Assembly (NCBI GenBank): GCA_038821645.1
Contig: JAWBDT010000013.1
Span: 1-55,611, forward strand
From: Ignisphaera sp.
GTDB lineage: Archaea > Thermoproteota > Thermoprotei_A > Sulfolobales > Ignisphaeraceae
Reading direction: 5' to 3'
DNA: 55,611 bases
In this document: positions 20,314-32,875 of the stretch, piece by piece
Numbering within the stretch: the first letter of the stretch is position 1
Layout of the letters: every line of letters starts with the position of its first letter
The notes under the pieces: generated by a model
Seen by the model: only the letters and a program-made list of their open reading frames with translations
What the model was told of the DNA's origin: nothing
Database searches by the model: none
Program-made: the position numbers and the translations under genes

Positions 20314-20499
20314 GTTGTACAGACAAAGTTAGGTATCGCGACATACAATCCCGCGGTCCGGCGGCAAAGCTGGACGCGGAGCCATGCTCCGTGAATGAAG
20401 GACTTGAACTCCAGCCGCGGGTATAGTTACTCAATAACATAAAAAGGGATATAATCATGGGGATCCGATTCAACCCGGGGAACTAACCCGGGGAGATCG

Positions 20500-20549
20500 G
20501 ATCTCACAGGATGTTCGCAATCCAGATCACAAAGCAGTACGCTACCGCA
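20500..20549 (+). other. 5' arm of 16S processing stem with bulge-helix-bulge
   Basis: Pairs with 22086-22136; TCAC/GTGA helix flanked by AAA and AGT bulges. Confidence 0.9.
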
Positions 20550-20571
20550 GCCCCGCGGCCTTGCGGCCGCG

Positions 20572-22076
<1,505 letters not shown>

Positions 22077-22085
22077 AACAGGGCA

Positions 22086-22136
22086 TGCGGTAGCGTACTG
22101 CGTGAAGTTCTGGATTGCGAACATCCTAGTGAGATC
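22086..22136 (+). other. 3' arm of 16S processing stem
   Basis: Reverse complement of 20500-20549 with BHB. Confidence 0.9.
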
Positions 22137-22190
22137 TAGAACCCCATGGATCTGGGGTTCTAGATTGATTGCGTGAGTGTTATACAATGA

Positions 22191-22228
22191 GCGCTATGCA
22201 GACCCAGCGTAAACCAGCCCCGCCTCAT
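22191..22228 (+). other. 5' arm of 23S processing stem with BHB (pairs with about 25311-25348)
   Basis: GCGT/ACGC helix with AAA and ATT bulges. Confidence 0.88.
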
Positions 22229-22230
22229 GT

Positions 22231-25308
<3,078 letters not shown>

Positions 25309-25360
25309 TTATGGGGCGGGGCTGGACGCATTTGGGTCTGCATAGCGTGAGTAGGGATCT

Positions 25361-25396
25361 ATCTTTCTTTGTTTTTTGTGTTTGTTTCTGATTTTG
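25361..25396 (+). terminator. Oligo-T terminator region of rRNA operon
   Basis: TCTTTCTTTGTTTTTTGTGTTTGTTTCTG after the 23S stem. Confidence 0.6.
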
Positions 25397-25507
25397 AATT
25401 GATTGCTATGAATTTATTACGTATTATGTACTTAGCTAATGTGGATTGTGTGCATCTGTATGTTTTTAAGTTGGGTTAGCTTTACTAATGTGATGGGTGG
25501 TGAAGAG

Positions 25508-25804
25508 ATGTCGATGAGTACATCGAAGAAAACAGTAGATGAAAAACATAAAGAGACTAAAAAACAGTGGGTTCAGAAGATGATCAGAAGTGCAAAACTT
25601 CATCACAAAATATGTCCCTTCTACGATAGGAAGAAGAAGTTCTGCTTTATCAAACTTGGCGAGAGATGTCCTTATGACGGTAAATTTGACAACTGTTCAG
25701 TATTTGTTGAGTTTCTGGAGAGAAGGTATGATGAGATTGTTGAATCAGGTAAACCTTTACCAATAGATTTCGAGGATCCTTTGGTTCAGTTTGGTGTTAC
25801 ATAG
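25508..25804 (+). CDS. Conserved Cys-rich hypothetical protein
   Basis: SD GGTGGTGA before ATG 25508; CPFYD...C...CPYDG...C. Confidence 0.75.
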   Translation: MSMSTSKKTVDEKHKETKKQWVQKMIRSAKLHHKICPFYDRKKKFCFIKLGERCPYDGKFDNCSVFVEFLERRYDEIVESGKPLPIDFEDPLVQFGVT

Positions 25805-25816
25805 GTAGATAAAGAG

Positions 25817-27736
25817 ATGGATACTGTTAATCCTTTTGAATATGCTAGACTATGTATAGCTCAAGAAATATCGAGAGCTCTAGGAATATCCATAAATGGT
25901 ATACTCCAAGGATTTGAAATTCCTAGAGAAGAGTATGGAGATCTCTCAATAGTGTTACCTAAAACAGGAATCAATCCGAGTCTAGCTGAAAAAGTTGTTG
26001 AAGCTACTAGAAGATGTAGTATTGTTTCTAATGTTCATAGAGTCGGTATATACGTGAATATACATTTCGAGAGAAGGCTCTTCACCAAAGCTTTATTCAA
26101 TTCACTAGTCAGTAGTAGAGAGAGATTCGGAATCTATGTAGATCCTAATCCAAAGAGAATTGTGGTTGAATTTGTTTCAGCAAACCCTCTACACCCTCTA
26201 CACATAGGTGCTGCAAGAAATGCTGCTCTAGGCTGTTTTCTAACCAACATACTTAGGTTTTGTGGAAATAGAGTTCAAACGAGATTCTATATCAATGATG
26301 TTGGTAGACAAGTAGCGTTACTAGCTCTAGGAGCTCTACAGCTTCGTAATGCTTTACCAAACAAAATGAAGCCTGATCACTGGATAGGTCTTGTTTATGC
26401 TATAACAAATACTGTAGCAGAGATTAAGAACATAAAGAAGAAACTTGAACACGCTAGTGTTAGAGAAAGAGAAGAACTACAGAAAGAGCTAGACGAGCTT
26501 CTAGTTGATGCATCAAAATTGAGGAAACAAGCACCAGAGATATTCGACACCATAGCTGAAAAACTGAAGGATATTGATATAGATGCCGAAGTATCTAAGG
26601 TAATGAAGAGCTACGAATCTAGAGATCCTGAGATAAGCAGGTTCATAAGAGAACTCGTATCTATATGTATAGAGGGCTTTAAACAGACTTTGAGTAGATT
26701 TGGTGTAGAGATAGATGTTTGGGACTGGGAAAGCGATCTAGTTTGGAGTGGTGAAGTAGATAATATAATAGACTCTCTAGAGAAAAGTCCTCTAATAGTT
26801 GTACATAAAGGTGTTTCAGCTCTAGACATAGGGAAAATAGCTGAAGATCTTACTCTAAGGAAGGCTTTATCGATAGATAGAGACCTAGAGATACCGCCAC
26901 TAATATTCAAGAGAAGTGATGGAACAACACTCTATACCGTAAGAGATATAGCGTATACATTAAGAAAGTTCCGTGAATTTCAGGCAGATAAAGTCATAAA
27001 CGTTATTGCATCAGAACAAAAGCTACCACAAGCACAACTAAAATTAGCTCTATACGTCCTAGGGTACAAGAGAGAAGCAGAAAACCTCATTCACTATAGC
27101 TACGAGATAGTTACTATCGAGAACATGAAGATGAGTTCGAGAAGAGGAAGACTAATTTCGTTGGACGAGATACTAGATACAGCTAAAGTTAGAGCACTAG
27201 CAGAACTAGAGGCAAGAGGAAACAAATCTGAGGAGATAGCCGAAAAAATAGGTGTAGCAGCTGTAAAGTTCTATTTACTATCATCATCACCATCAAAACC
27301 ACTAAAATTTTCATGGAAATTAGCTCTAGACTTCGAAAAGAATTCAGCTCCATATCTGCTATACACATTCGCTAGAACTGAAGGAATATTTAGAAAAGCT
27401 TCAGAATACGGTATAGATATAGATCCTGTAAAACTTCTAAATAAAGCTAACGAAGGTTTTGGATCTACAGATCAGAAGAGGTGGAGATTAGTTAAACTTG
27501 TGTCACAGTTCCATGATATTGTATACAACACTTACATGAGCCTAGATCCATCAATTCTAGTCGTCTATACCCTAAAGCTAGCAGATGAATTCAATTCGTG
27601 GTATAACGATGAACCTATACTACTTGAAGAAAACGATAGCATAAGAGCATCAAAGTTATTGCTTACATATGGCGTGAATATAGTCCTTAAGAATTCGCTT
27701 AGAATCCTAGGTATAGAACCTCTTGAGAAAATATAG
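25817..27736 (+). CDS. argS: Arginyl-tRNA synthetase
   Basis: VEFVSANP.HPLHIG, KRSDGTTLY..RDIAY, KMSSRRG, PYLLY...R. Confidence 0.96.
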   Translation: MDTVNPFEYARLCIAQEISRALGISINGILQGFEIPREEYGDLSIVLPKTGINPSLAEKVVEATRRCSIVSNVHRVGIYVNIHFERRLFTKALFNSLVSSRERFGIYVDPNPKRIVVEFVSANPLHPLHIGAARNAALGCFLTNILRFCGNRVQTRFYINDVGRQVALLALGALQLRNALPNKMKPDHWIGLVYAITNTVAEIKNIKKKLEHASVREREELQKELDELLVDASKLRKQAPEIFDTIAEKLKDIDIDAEVSKVMKSYESRDPEISRFIRELVSICIEGFKQTLSRFGVEIDVWDWESDLVWSGEVDNIIDSLEKSPLIVVHKGVSALDIGKIAEDLTLRKALSIDRDLEIPPLIFKRSDGTTLYTVRDIAYTLRKFREFQADKVINVIASEQKLPQAQLKLALYVLGYKREAENLIHYSYEIVTIENMKMSSRRGRLISLDEILDTAKVRALAELEARGNKSEEIAEKIGVAAVKFYLLSSSPSKPLKFSWKLALDFEKNSAPYLLYTFARTEGIFRKASEYGIDIDPVKLLNKANEGFGSTDQKRWRLVKLVSQFHDIVYNTYMSLDPSILVVYTLKLADEFNSWYNDEPILLEENDSIRASKLLLTYGVNIVLKNSLRILGIEPLEKI

Positions 27737-27742
27737 CATGAG

Positions 27743-27985
27743 ATGTTTAAAATGGTTAATAGAGATTCATGTTCTGAGACAAAGTCTATACTCGATATAG
27801 AGGGCTATGGACAAGTCGGTATGGTGGTTGGTATAAAGATGGAGAAATGTGGCAAGAATAGAATTAGGCTTATAGTAGAACTTACAAATAAGCAGAACAT
27901 ATGTAGCCCATGTATTCCAGAAGCTATAGCTAAACAAAGTATGAAGGTTCTAGAGCTTTATTCAAAAACTATAAAGCTTGTATAA
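27743..27985 (+). CDS. Hypothetical protein
   Basis: 80-aa ORF directly after argS; CSPC motif. Confidence 0.55.
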   Translation: MFKMVNRDSCSETKSILDIEGYGQVGMVVGIKMEKCGKNRIRLIVELTNKQNICSPCIPEAIAKQSMKVLELYSKTIKLV

Positions 27986-28006
27986 CGATGATAGATATAG
28001 AGATAG

Positions 28007-28066
28007 GTGATGATTGGTATTACCTCGTAGCGTAATATGCGCGATGAAGAAGACGCCAGAAGCTGA
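28007..28066 (+). ncRNA. C/D box sRNA, double guide to 16S helix 18/530 loop
   Basis: GTGATGA 28007; TTGGTATTACC pairs 16S 21057-67; ATGAAGA 28044; GACGCCAGA pairs 16S 21039-47 (one G-U); CTGA 28063. Confidence 0.75.
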
Positions 28067-28149
28067 AGTAGCGTATCATGATTTAGATATGTTTTTAAAC
28101 CTAGTAAGTAGAAAGGATAAAGCCCAGCTCAGATTCGAGGTGTCTCTTA

Positions 28150-28434
28150 ATGCAGTTCTGCCCTAGATGTGGAGGTCTGTTAGTACCTCAAAAGAAAGGC
28201 GAGGAAGCTATTCTTAGATGCTCTAAATGTGGATACGAGATACCGCAACAGGGAATAGGATACAGATTAGCTACACAACAACCACCACCAAAAGTTTTAA
28301 CAACATCTGTTGTAAGTGAAGAGAAAAAAGGAGGAAGAAAGAAGGAGGAACTAGAACAAGAGAGAGAAGAATACTATAAAGAGCTCTTCATGGAGCTCCT
28401 CCGCGAGGAGGAGTACGGTGGTGAAGAGACATAG
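28150..28434 (+). CDS. TFS/RpoM-family protein with N-terminal Zn ribbon only
   Basis: [12 protein letters not shown].....RCSKCGYE; acidic helical C-terminus with no second Zn ribbon. Confidence 0.8.
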   Translation: MQFCPRCGGLLVPQKKGEEAILRCSKCGYEIPQQGIGYRLATQQPPPKVLTTSVVSEEKKGGRKKEELEQEREEYYKELFMELLREEEYGGEET

Positions 28435-29384
28435 CGTTAAAATATATAATAGATCTTGTTGAAAGATCGGAAAGAATATCAAGCGATATAGCGCAGAATA
28501 TCAAAGACCGTTTTTCTGTACATGAGAAAATAGTTGTAATGTACTGTGGTACAACAAGAGGATTAGCAACCTATATAGGCACTCTTCTCAAGATCTCTAA
28601 ACCCAGTCTCAACATACTTATGCTAGATGCTGAATACTGTCACAATATTGTGGTGCCATACATAGCTGAAGACATAGATAAAGTTGTTCTAGTATCAAGT
28701 CCAGCAAGTGTCAATTGTGTGTATAGAGTGTTGCAAACAGTATCAACTATGGGATTAGATACATTAATGATTCTACCAACAACTGTAGCATCGTTAATAA
28801 GAGGAAAGATGAACATTAGTTCAGAAAAACTAGAGATTATAGAGATAGAGAGCACCATCTATAGGGTAACAGTTCTGCAAACTTTCTTGCGTATAGCTCT
28901 ATATATTGGTGGAAAGCATGTAGCAAGAATACATAGGATAGAAAAAGAACTAGAGTTAAAAAATATTGTTAATGAACTCATAGAAAAATATTCTCATGAA
29001 CTATCTATGTATAGAGATGTGAAGCACGTAATAGTATCTAAAGCTCTTACTATCGTAGGAGAAGAACTTATTGATAGAGGTGTACAAGTAGCTATCATAA
29101 ATGAACACTTTGGTTTACAAAAAATTGAGACACCTCTTTTTCTAATATATACATCAGTTGAAGAACACATAGTAAACGAATTTGTTTCAAATCTAGTGAG
29201 AATTGGTGTAGAACGGAGTAACATTATACATTTGAGAATAAACGTAGACCCTTTTACTGCACCTATATATAGCATGATAATCATGTACTACATAATGTCT
29301 AGTAAGGATAAGGTCAACGATAAACTTAAAGCCCCAGAGTACAGATCTACTATGAATGTGACAACACCTGTAGTGCCGGGGTAG
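28431..29384 (+). CDS. Hypothetical protein (first ATG 28539; probable ATA start at 28431)
   Basis: Frame open from 28425; SD GGTGGTGA at 28417-24; stop codon lies inside tRNA-Asn. Confidence 0.6.
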   Translation: MALKYIIDLVERSERISSDIAQNIKDRFSVHEKIVVMYCGTTRGLATYIGTLLKISKPSLNILMLDAEYCHNIVVPYIAEDIDKVVLVSSPASVNCVYRVLQTVSTMGLDTLMILPTTVASLIRGKMNISSEKLEIIEIESTIYRVTVLQTFLRIALYIGGKHVARIHRIEKELELKNIVNELIEKYSHELSMYRDVKHVIVSKALTIVGEELIDRGVQVAIINEHFGLQKIETPLFLIYTSVEEHIVNEFVSNLVRIGVERSNIIHLRINVDPFTAPIYSMIIMYYIMSSKDKVNDKLKAPEYRSTMNVTTPVVPG

Positions 29385-29447
29385 CTCAGCTGGTAGAGCG
29401 CGGGGCTGTTAACCCCGTGGTCGGAGGTTCGAATCCTCCCCCCGGCG
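29375..29447 (+). tRNA. tRNA-Asn(GTT)
   Basis: Cloverleaf; CGGGG CT GTT AA CCCCG; discriminator G. Confidence 0.97.
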
Positions 29448-29492
29448 CCTTCTTGATGTTCTTTCCCATAAGATTCATTCACCCTGTATCTG

Positions 29493-29541
29493 ATGATGAA
29501 GCTCGAAAGGGTTGAAATGTGATAGACTCGCGCAGGTCTGA
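29493..29541 (+). ncRNA. C/D box sRNA with probable tRNA targets
   Basis: ATGATGA - AGCTCGAAAGGG - TTGA - GTGATAG - ACTCGCGCAGGT - CTGA, with 12-nt guides. Confidence 0.75.
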
Positions 29542-30166
29542 AGTACTGAAGGTTTTTCTTGGGATAACTGGTGCTAGTGGATGTGTGCTTGCTATAAGGT
29601 TTGCAGAACTACTGAAGAAACTGAACTCATATATAGTAGCATCATACACTTCTAATGCTCTTCTTGTAGCAGATAGCGAGTGTGTATCTAGAGAATGGTT
29701 CATATCCAAACTAGGTGAATATGTAGATGAGTTGTATGATGAAAATAGAATCGATGCATCTATAGCCAGTAGTAGCAACACTCTTGATGTATATACACTT
29801 ATTCCTGCATCTATAAAAACTCTAGCACTGATTGTAAATGGAATTGGGTCGAACCTTATTACCAGAGCTATACTTAATGGGCTTAGAATGAAGAGGAAGG
29901 TAATAGCTATTGTTAGAGAATCTCCTCTTGGTGAAATAGAGCTCAAGATATTGTATAGAGCAGCTAGAGCTGGAATAATCATTATACCAGCTGTAATAGG
30001 TTTCTATGCATATCCACAAAACTTAGGAGATATAGTAGACTTTATAATCGGTAAAGTATTTGATGTTCTTGAGCTACAGCACAGTCTCTATAGGAGGTGG
30101 AAAAGCGCTAAAGAATCTAAAACACAAGATCCTTGCCAAATCCTTTACGGCTCAAAAGATTCTTGA
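29519..30166 (+). CDS. ubiX: Flavin prenyltransferase UbiX/Pad1
   Basis: GITGASG, ASSS, PASIKTLA, NLITRA, RESPL, P..GFY. Confidence 0.9.
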   Translation: MIDSRRSEVLKVFLGITGASGCVLAIRFAELLKKLNSYIVASYTSNALLVADSECVSREWFISKLGEYVDELYDENRIDASIASSSNTLDVYTLIPASIKTLALIVNGIGSNLITRAILNGLRMKRKVIAIVRESPLGEIELKILYRAARAGIIIIPAVIGFYAYPQNLGDIVDFIIGKVFDVLELQHSLYRRWKSAKESKTQDPCQILYGSKDS

Positions 30167-30623
30167 GATTCTTGTTATCTTCACTTCTTTCTAACTCTTT
30201 CAGAAACATATCCTCTTTTTGTGTATCACTTTTTGTAGCAGCAAGACACTTACCATCAGGCAACAGGTATCTTTGTGAACATGATGAATATTGACACTTA
30301 TACGAGATACAAGTATCGTTAACCCATGTACAGAAAGCTGTAGGCTTTCCATTAATAAGTTTAACCATAAGCGCTTTTTTAGTACACCTAAAGAGTGGAC
30401 ACATAGGATTACACATACCATTTACAGGTTTTGGTTGAACATCTTTACGTTCTTCATATTGTTGATGCCTAGAGGGTCTAGAGAAATGATTATCTCTATA
30501 TCGATGTTCCTCTACACGTTTTCTTTCTCTATAATCTCTGAAATGTGAAGACTTTTGTTTACTATACCTACTGTCTTTAGAATGCTTTATAGCTGATTCA
30601 TCATCTTTCAAAGGATCCACCAT
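30117..30623 (-). CDS. Cys-rich hypothetical protein
   Basis: Charged N-terminus then CNPMCPLFRC...CTW...C...CQY..C...LLPDGKC. Confidence 0.7.
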   Translation of the reverse strand: MVDPLKDDESAIKHSKDSRYSKQKSSHFRDYRERKRVEEHRYRDNHFSRPSRHQQYEERKDVQPKPVNGMCNPMCPLFRCTKKALMVKLINGKPTAFCTWVNDTCISYKCQYSSCSQRYLLPDGKCLAATKSDTQKEDMFLKELERSEDNKNLKNLLSRKGFGKDLVF

Positions 30624-30667
30624 AACTTTAAGTATCTAGACTTTCGGGTTTCGCCTAAGGTCTACTT

Positions 30668-31234
30668 CTACAACTTAATCCACTTAAAAACTATATAACG
30701 TATATTGTTGTCATCTCTATCCACGATAGCTAGTACAGAGTGCTTCCTTACACTATGGCTAACTCTACCAAGAGCTACTATATCTGTAGGCTTGATTTTG
30801 TGTTCTTTAGCTACAACAGTAATAACATAAGGTGCATGTTCGTATCCTGGTCCCACAGTATATACAGTAAAATCTGCTCCATATTTAGTTCCACCTCTTA
30901 TTATATAGTTACGATCCCTTAGATATTCATAAACACGATATTTAACATCAAAATCATGTGAAACACTTTTACAGAAATCCCATAGCTTATTACAGTCGAT
31001 GGACTCACCATTGATATTTACCTCAGCTAAACCCTTTTTACAGAGATAGAGAGTTTCATACATAGATAAAACTAGAGGTTCTTGATAGCTTTGATCAATC
31101 TTGGGTTTCGAAATAGATAACGGTTTGCCATAGAACTGCTTAAACAAGGTATTGCTCTGAATTTTATCTAATACTAAAGATTTCCTACCAACAACATCTA
31201 TCTTAGCTATGTAGTTCTTATCGTATATAGCCAT
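30668..31234 (-). CDS. endA: tRNA-splicing endonuclease, catalytic (alpha) subunit
   Basis: Catalytic Y/H/K in KYGADF.VY..GPGYEHAPY...RVSHSVRK; FYGKPLSISKPK loop. Confidence 0.93.
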   Translation of the reverse strand: MAIYDKNYIAKIDVVGRKSLVLDKIQSNTLFKQFYGKPLSISKPKIDQSYQEPLVLSMYETLYLCKKGLAEVNINGESIDCNKLWDFCKSVSHDFDVKYRVYEYLRDRNYIIRGGTKYGADFTVYTVGPGYEHAPYVITVVAKEHKIKPTDIVALGRVSHSVRKHSVLAIVDRDDNNIRYIVFKWIKL

Positions 31235-31887
31235 ACAATTTTTTCACCTAGATTAACAAGGTCTTGTATAATGTCACCAAGTAATAAAATCAAGGTATTT
31301 ATATGGATAGAGTTTGGCTTAAGATCATGAGACTGACTTAAATAGATACCTCTATACATCTCAATTATGTTATCTCCATCTCTAAAGATCTTCGATACCT
31401 GTTCTGCACCTTTAACAGGATTCTCTATGAAGTATCTAAGTGTATCACTTAAGCATGTCAAGTAATCTCCTATATTTTTGATAATGCTCTGAATAGAGAG
31501 TATTGTTGATTCATCTATTGTTGTTTGTCTCAAACTGAGTAGCTCTAACTCTAGGATGAATTTATATAATGAATTTGAAAACACCGTTATAGAATCCAGT
31601 AAGCTTACATAATAATTGGTACCTATCATAGAAACTGCTACCTTGGCTACATAGCGAGCAAGATTATAACGTATATTGCGAACTGTTTTGAATTCTTCAA
31701 CTACTTTACTTGCTCTAGTTCTAGCGACTTCAAATTTCTGGTCGAATAAATGGTTCACAATATGTTGTGATTCTTGGACAATCCATAGAAGCTTAACTAC
31801 ATAGTTACGTATCTGTTCGATCAGATTTTCTTCAGCTAGAGAAATTTTGATTCTCTCAATTTCAGGTTCAACTATTTCGCTAGTCAT
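31207..31887 (-). CDS. PhoU/DUF47-like helical protein
   Basis: All-helical pattern; weak resemblance only. Confidence 0.5.
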   Translation of the reverse strand: MTSEIVEPEIERIKISLAEENLIEQIRNYVVKLLWIVQESQHIVNHLFDQKFEVARTRASKVVEEFKTVRNIRYNLARYVAKVAVSMIGTNYYVSLLDSITVFSNSLYKFILELELLSLRQTTIDESTILSIQSIIKNIGDYLTCLSDTLRYFIENPVKGAEQVSKIFRDGDNIIEMYRGIYLSQSHDLKPNSIHINTLILLLGDIIQDLVNLGEKIVWLYTIRTT

Positions 31888-31991
31888 TATTGTAACACCA
31901 TTCCATGAAACAAACCATCTAATCATAAAAGTGTAAACATAGTATATAAGTTTTTAGATTAGAACAAACTCGTATACAGTATACTCAATAT

Positions 31992-32432
31992 TCATCTAAA
32001 TAGAAAGGTGCTACACTTCTCAACATTATCTAGCACTTCTTTAGCTACATTCTTTAGGTGCTCTAGACGCATAAGATGTGCATTCACGTCTTCGATTTGC
32101 TGTTCATTAGAAAACTCTTTGGCATATTTAAGCCAAATTACACGTTCTTCTTCTACAGATACCTCATATATGTAGAAGGTTATTGTAGCTATTGATTCAA
32201 TTTCCTCGATTGATAGATTTTTCGAAGAAAGTGAATCGCTTATGAATCTAAGTATTTCTTCTAACCTTTTAGACAATTTGGCTAGATTTAAGAGTCCTTC
32301 GTTTAGTTTATCTAACTTCTTTCCTTGAGACACCCTTTTTAATACAATTTTGCATCTCTCTACATATCTACTATGTTTATAGACAGTATCTTCAAGCATC
32401 TGGACAATGTTCGTTCTATTCATTTTGATCAA
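31992..32432 (-). CDS. Hypothetical helical protein
   Basis: 146-aa ORF in the glyS-endA gene run. Confidence 0.6.
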   Translation of the reverse strand: MIKMNRTNIVQMLEDTVYKHSRYVERCKIVLKRVSQGKKLDKLNEGLLNLAKLSKRLEEILRFISDSLSSKNLSIEEIESIATITFYIYEVSVEEERVIWLKYAKEFSNEQQIEDVNAHLMRLEHLKNVAKEVLDNVEKCSTFLFR

Positions 32433-32435
32433 CTT

Positions 32436-32834
32436 TTATGCACTTCTTATTGTACAAATACTCTTATCAGCTATACCATGCATTTTCATGAGTTCTGGAT
32501 TAACATAAACAACATCACCAGATACATCATCAACTATTATGGCCTTGAATCTAAATCTTCTACGTCCAGCAACTGATATTTCGATAAAATCTTTTACTCC
32601 AAGCTCCTTAGCCAAACCACTAGATATTTTAGCTTCATCTTTACCTATAGAGGAATCATAGATAAGTCTAATCCTCTTCTCCTTGACAACTTTCTTATGT
32701 TTTGAGAAAATAGCACCAGGTGGGGGTACTACAGCTAATAGCTTCTTGATATCTGTTTTCTCCTGTTTTTCTTCATCTTCATAACTCTTTGTTTCAACGT
32801 TCTCGACATCTTCTTTATCTGTATCCATATACAT
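32436..32834 (-). CDS. Hypothetical protein, possibly double-psi beta-barrel (CDC48-N-like)
   Basis: AKIS..LAKELGV...VYVNPELMK.HGI pattern. Confidence 0.6.
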   Translation of the reverse strand: MYMDTDKEDVENVETKSYEDEEKQEKTDIKKLLAVVPPPGAIFSKHKKVVKEKRIRLIYDSSIGKDEAKISSGLAKELGVKDFIEISVAGRRRFRFKAIIVDDVSGDVVYVNPELMKMHGIADKSICTIRSA

Positions 32835-32875
32835 CCCGATACATGTGTCTAGAATGGGTACACGATATAAAGATT

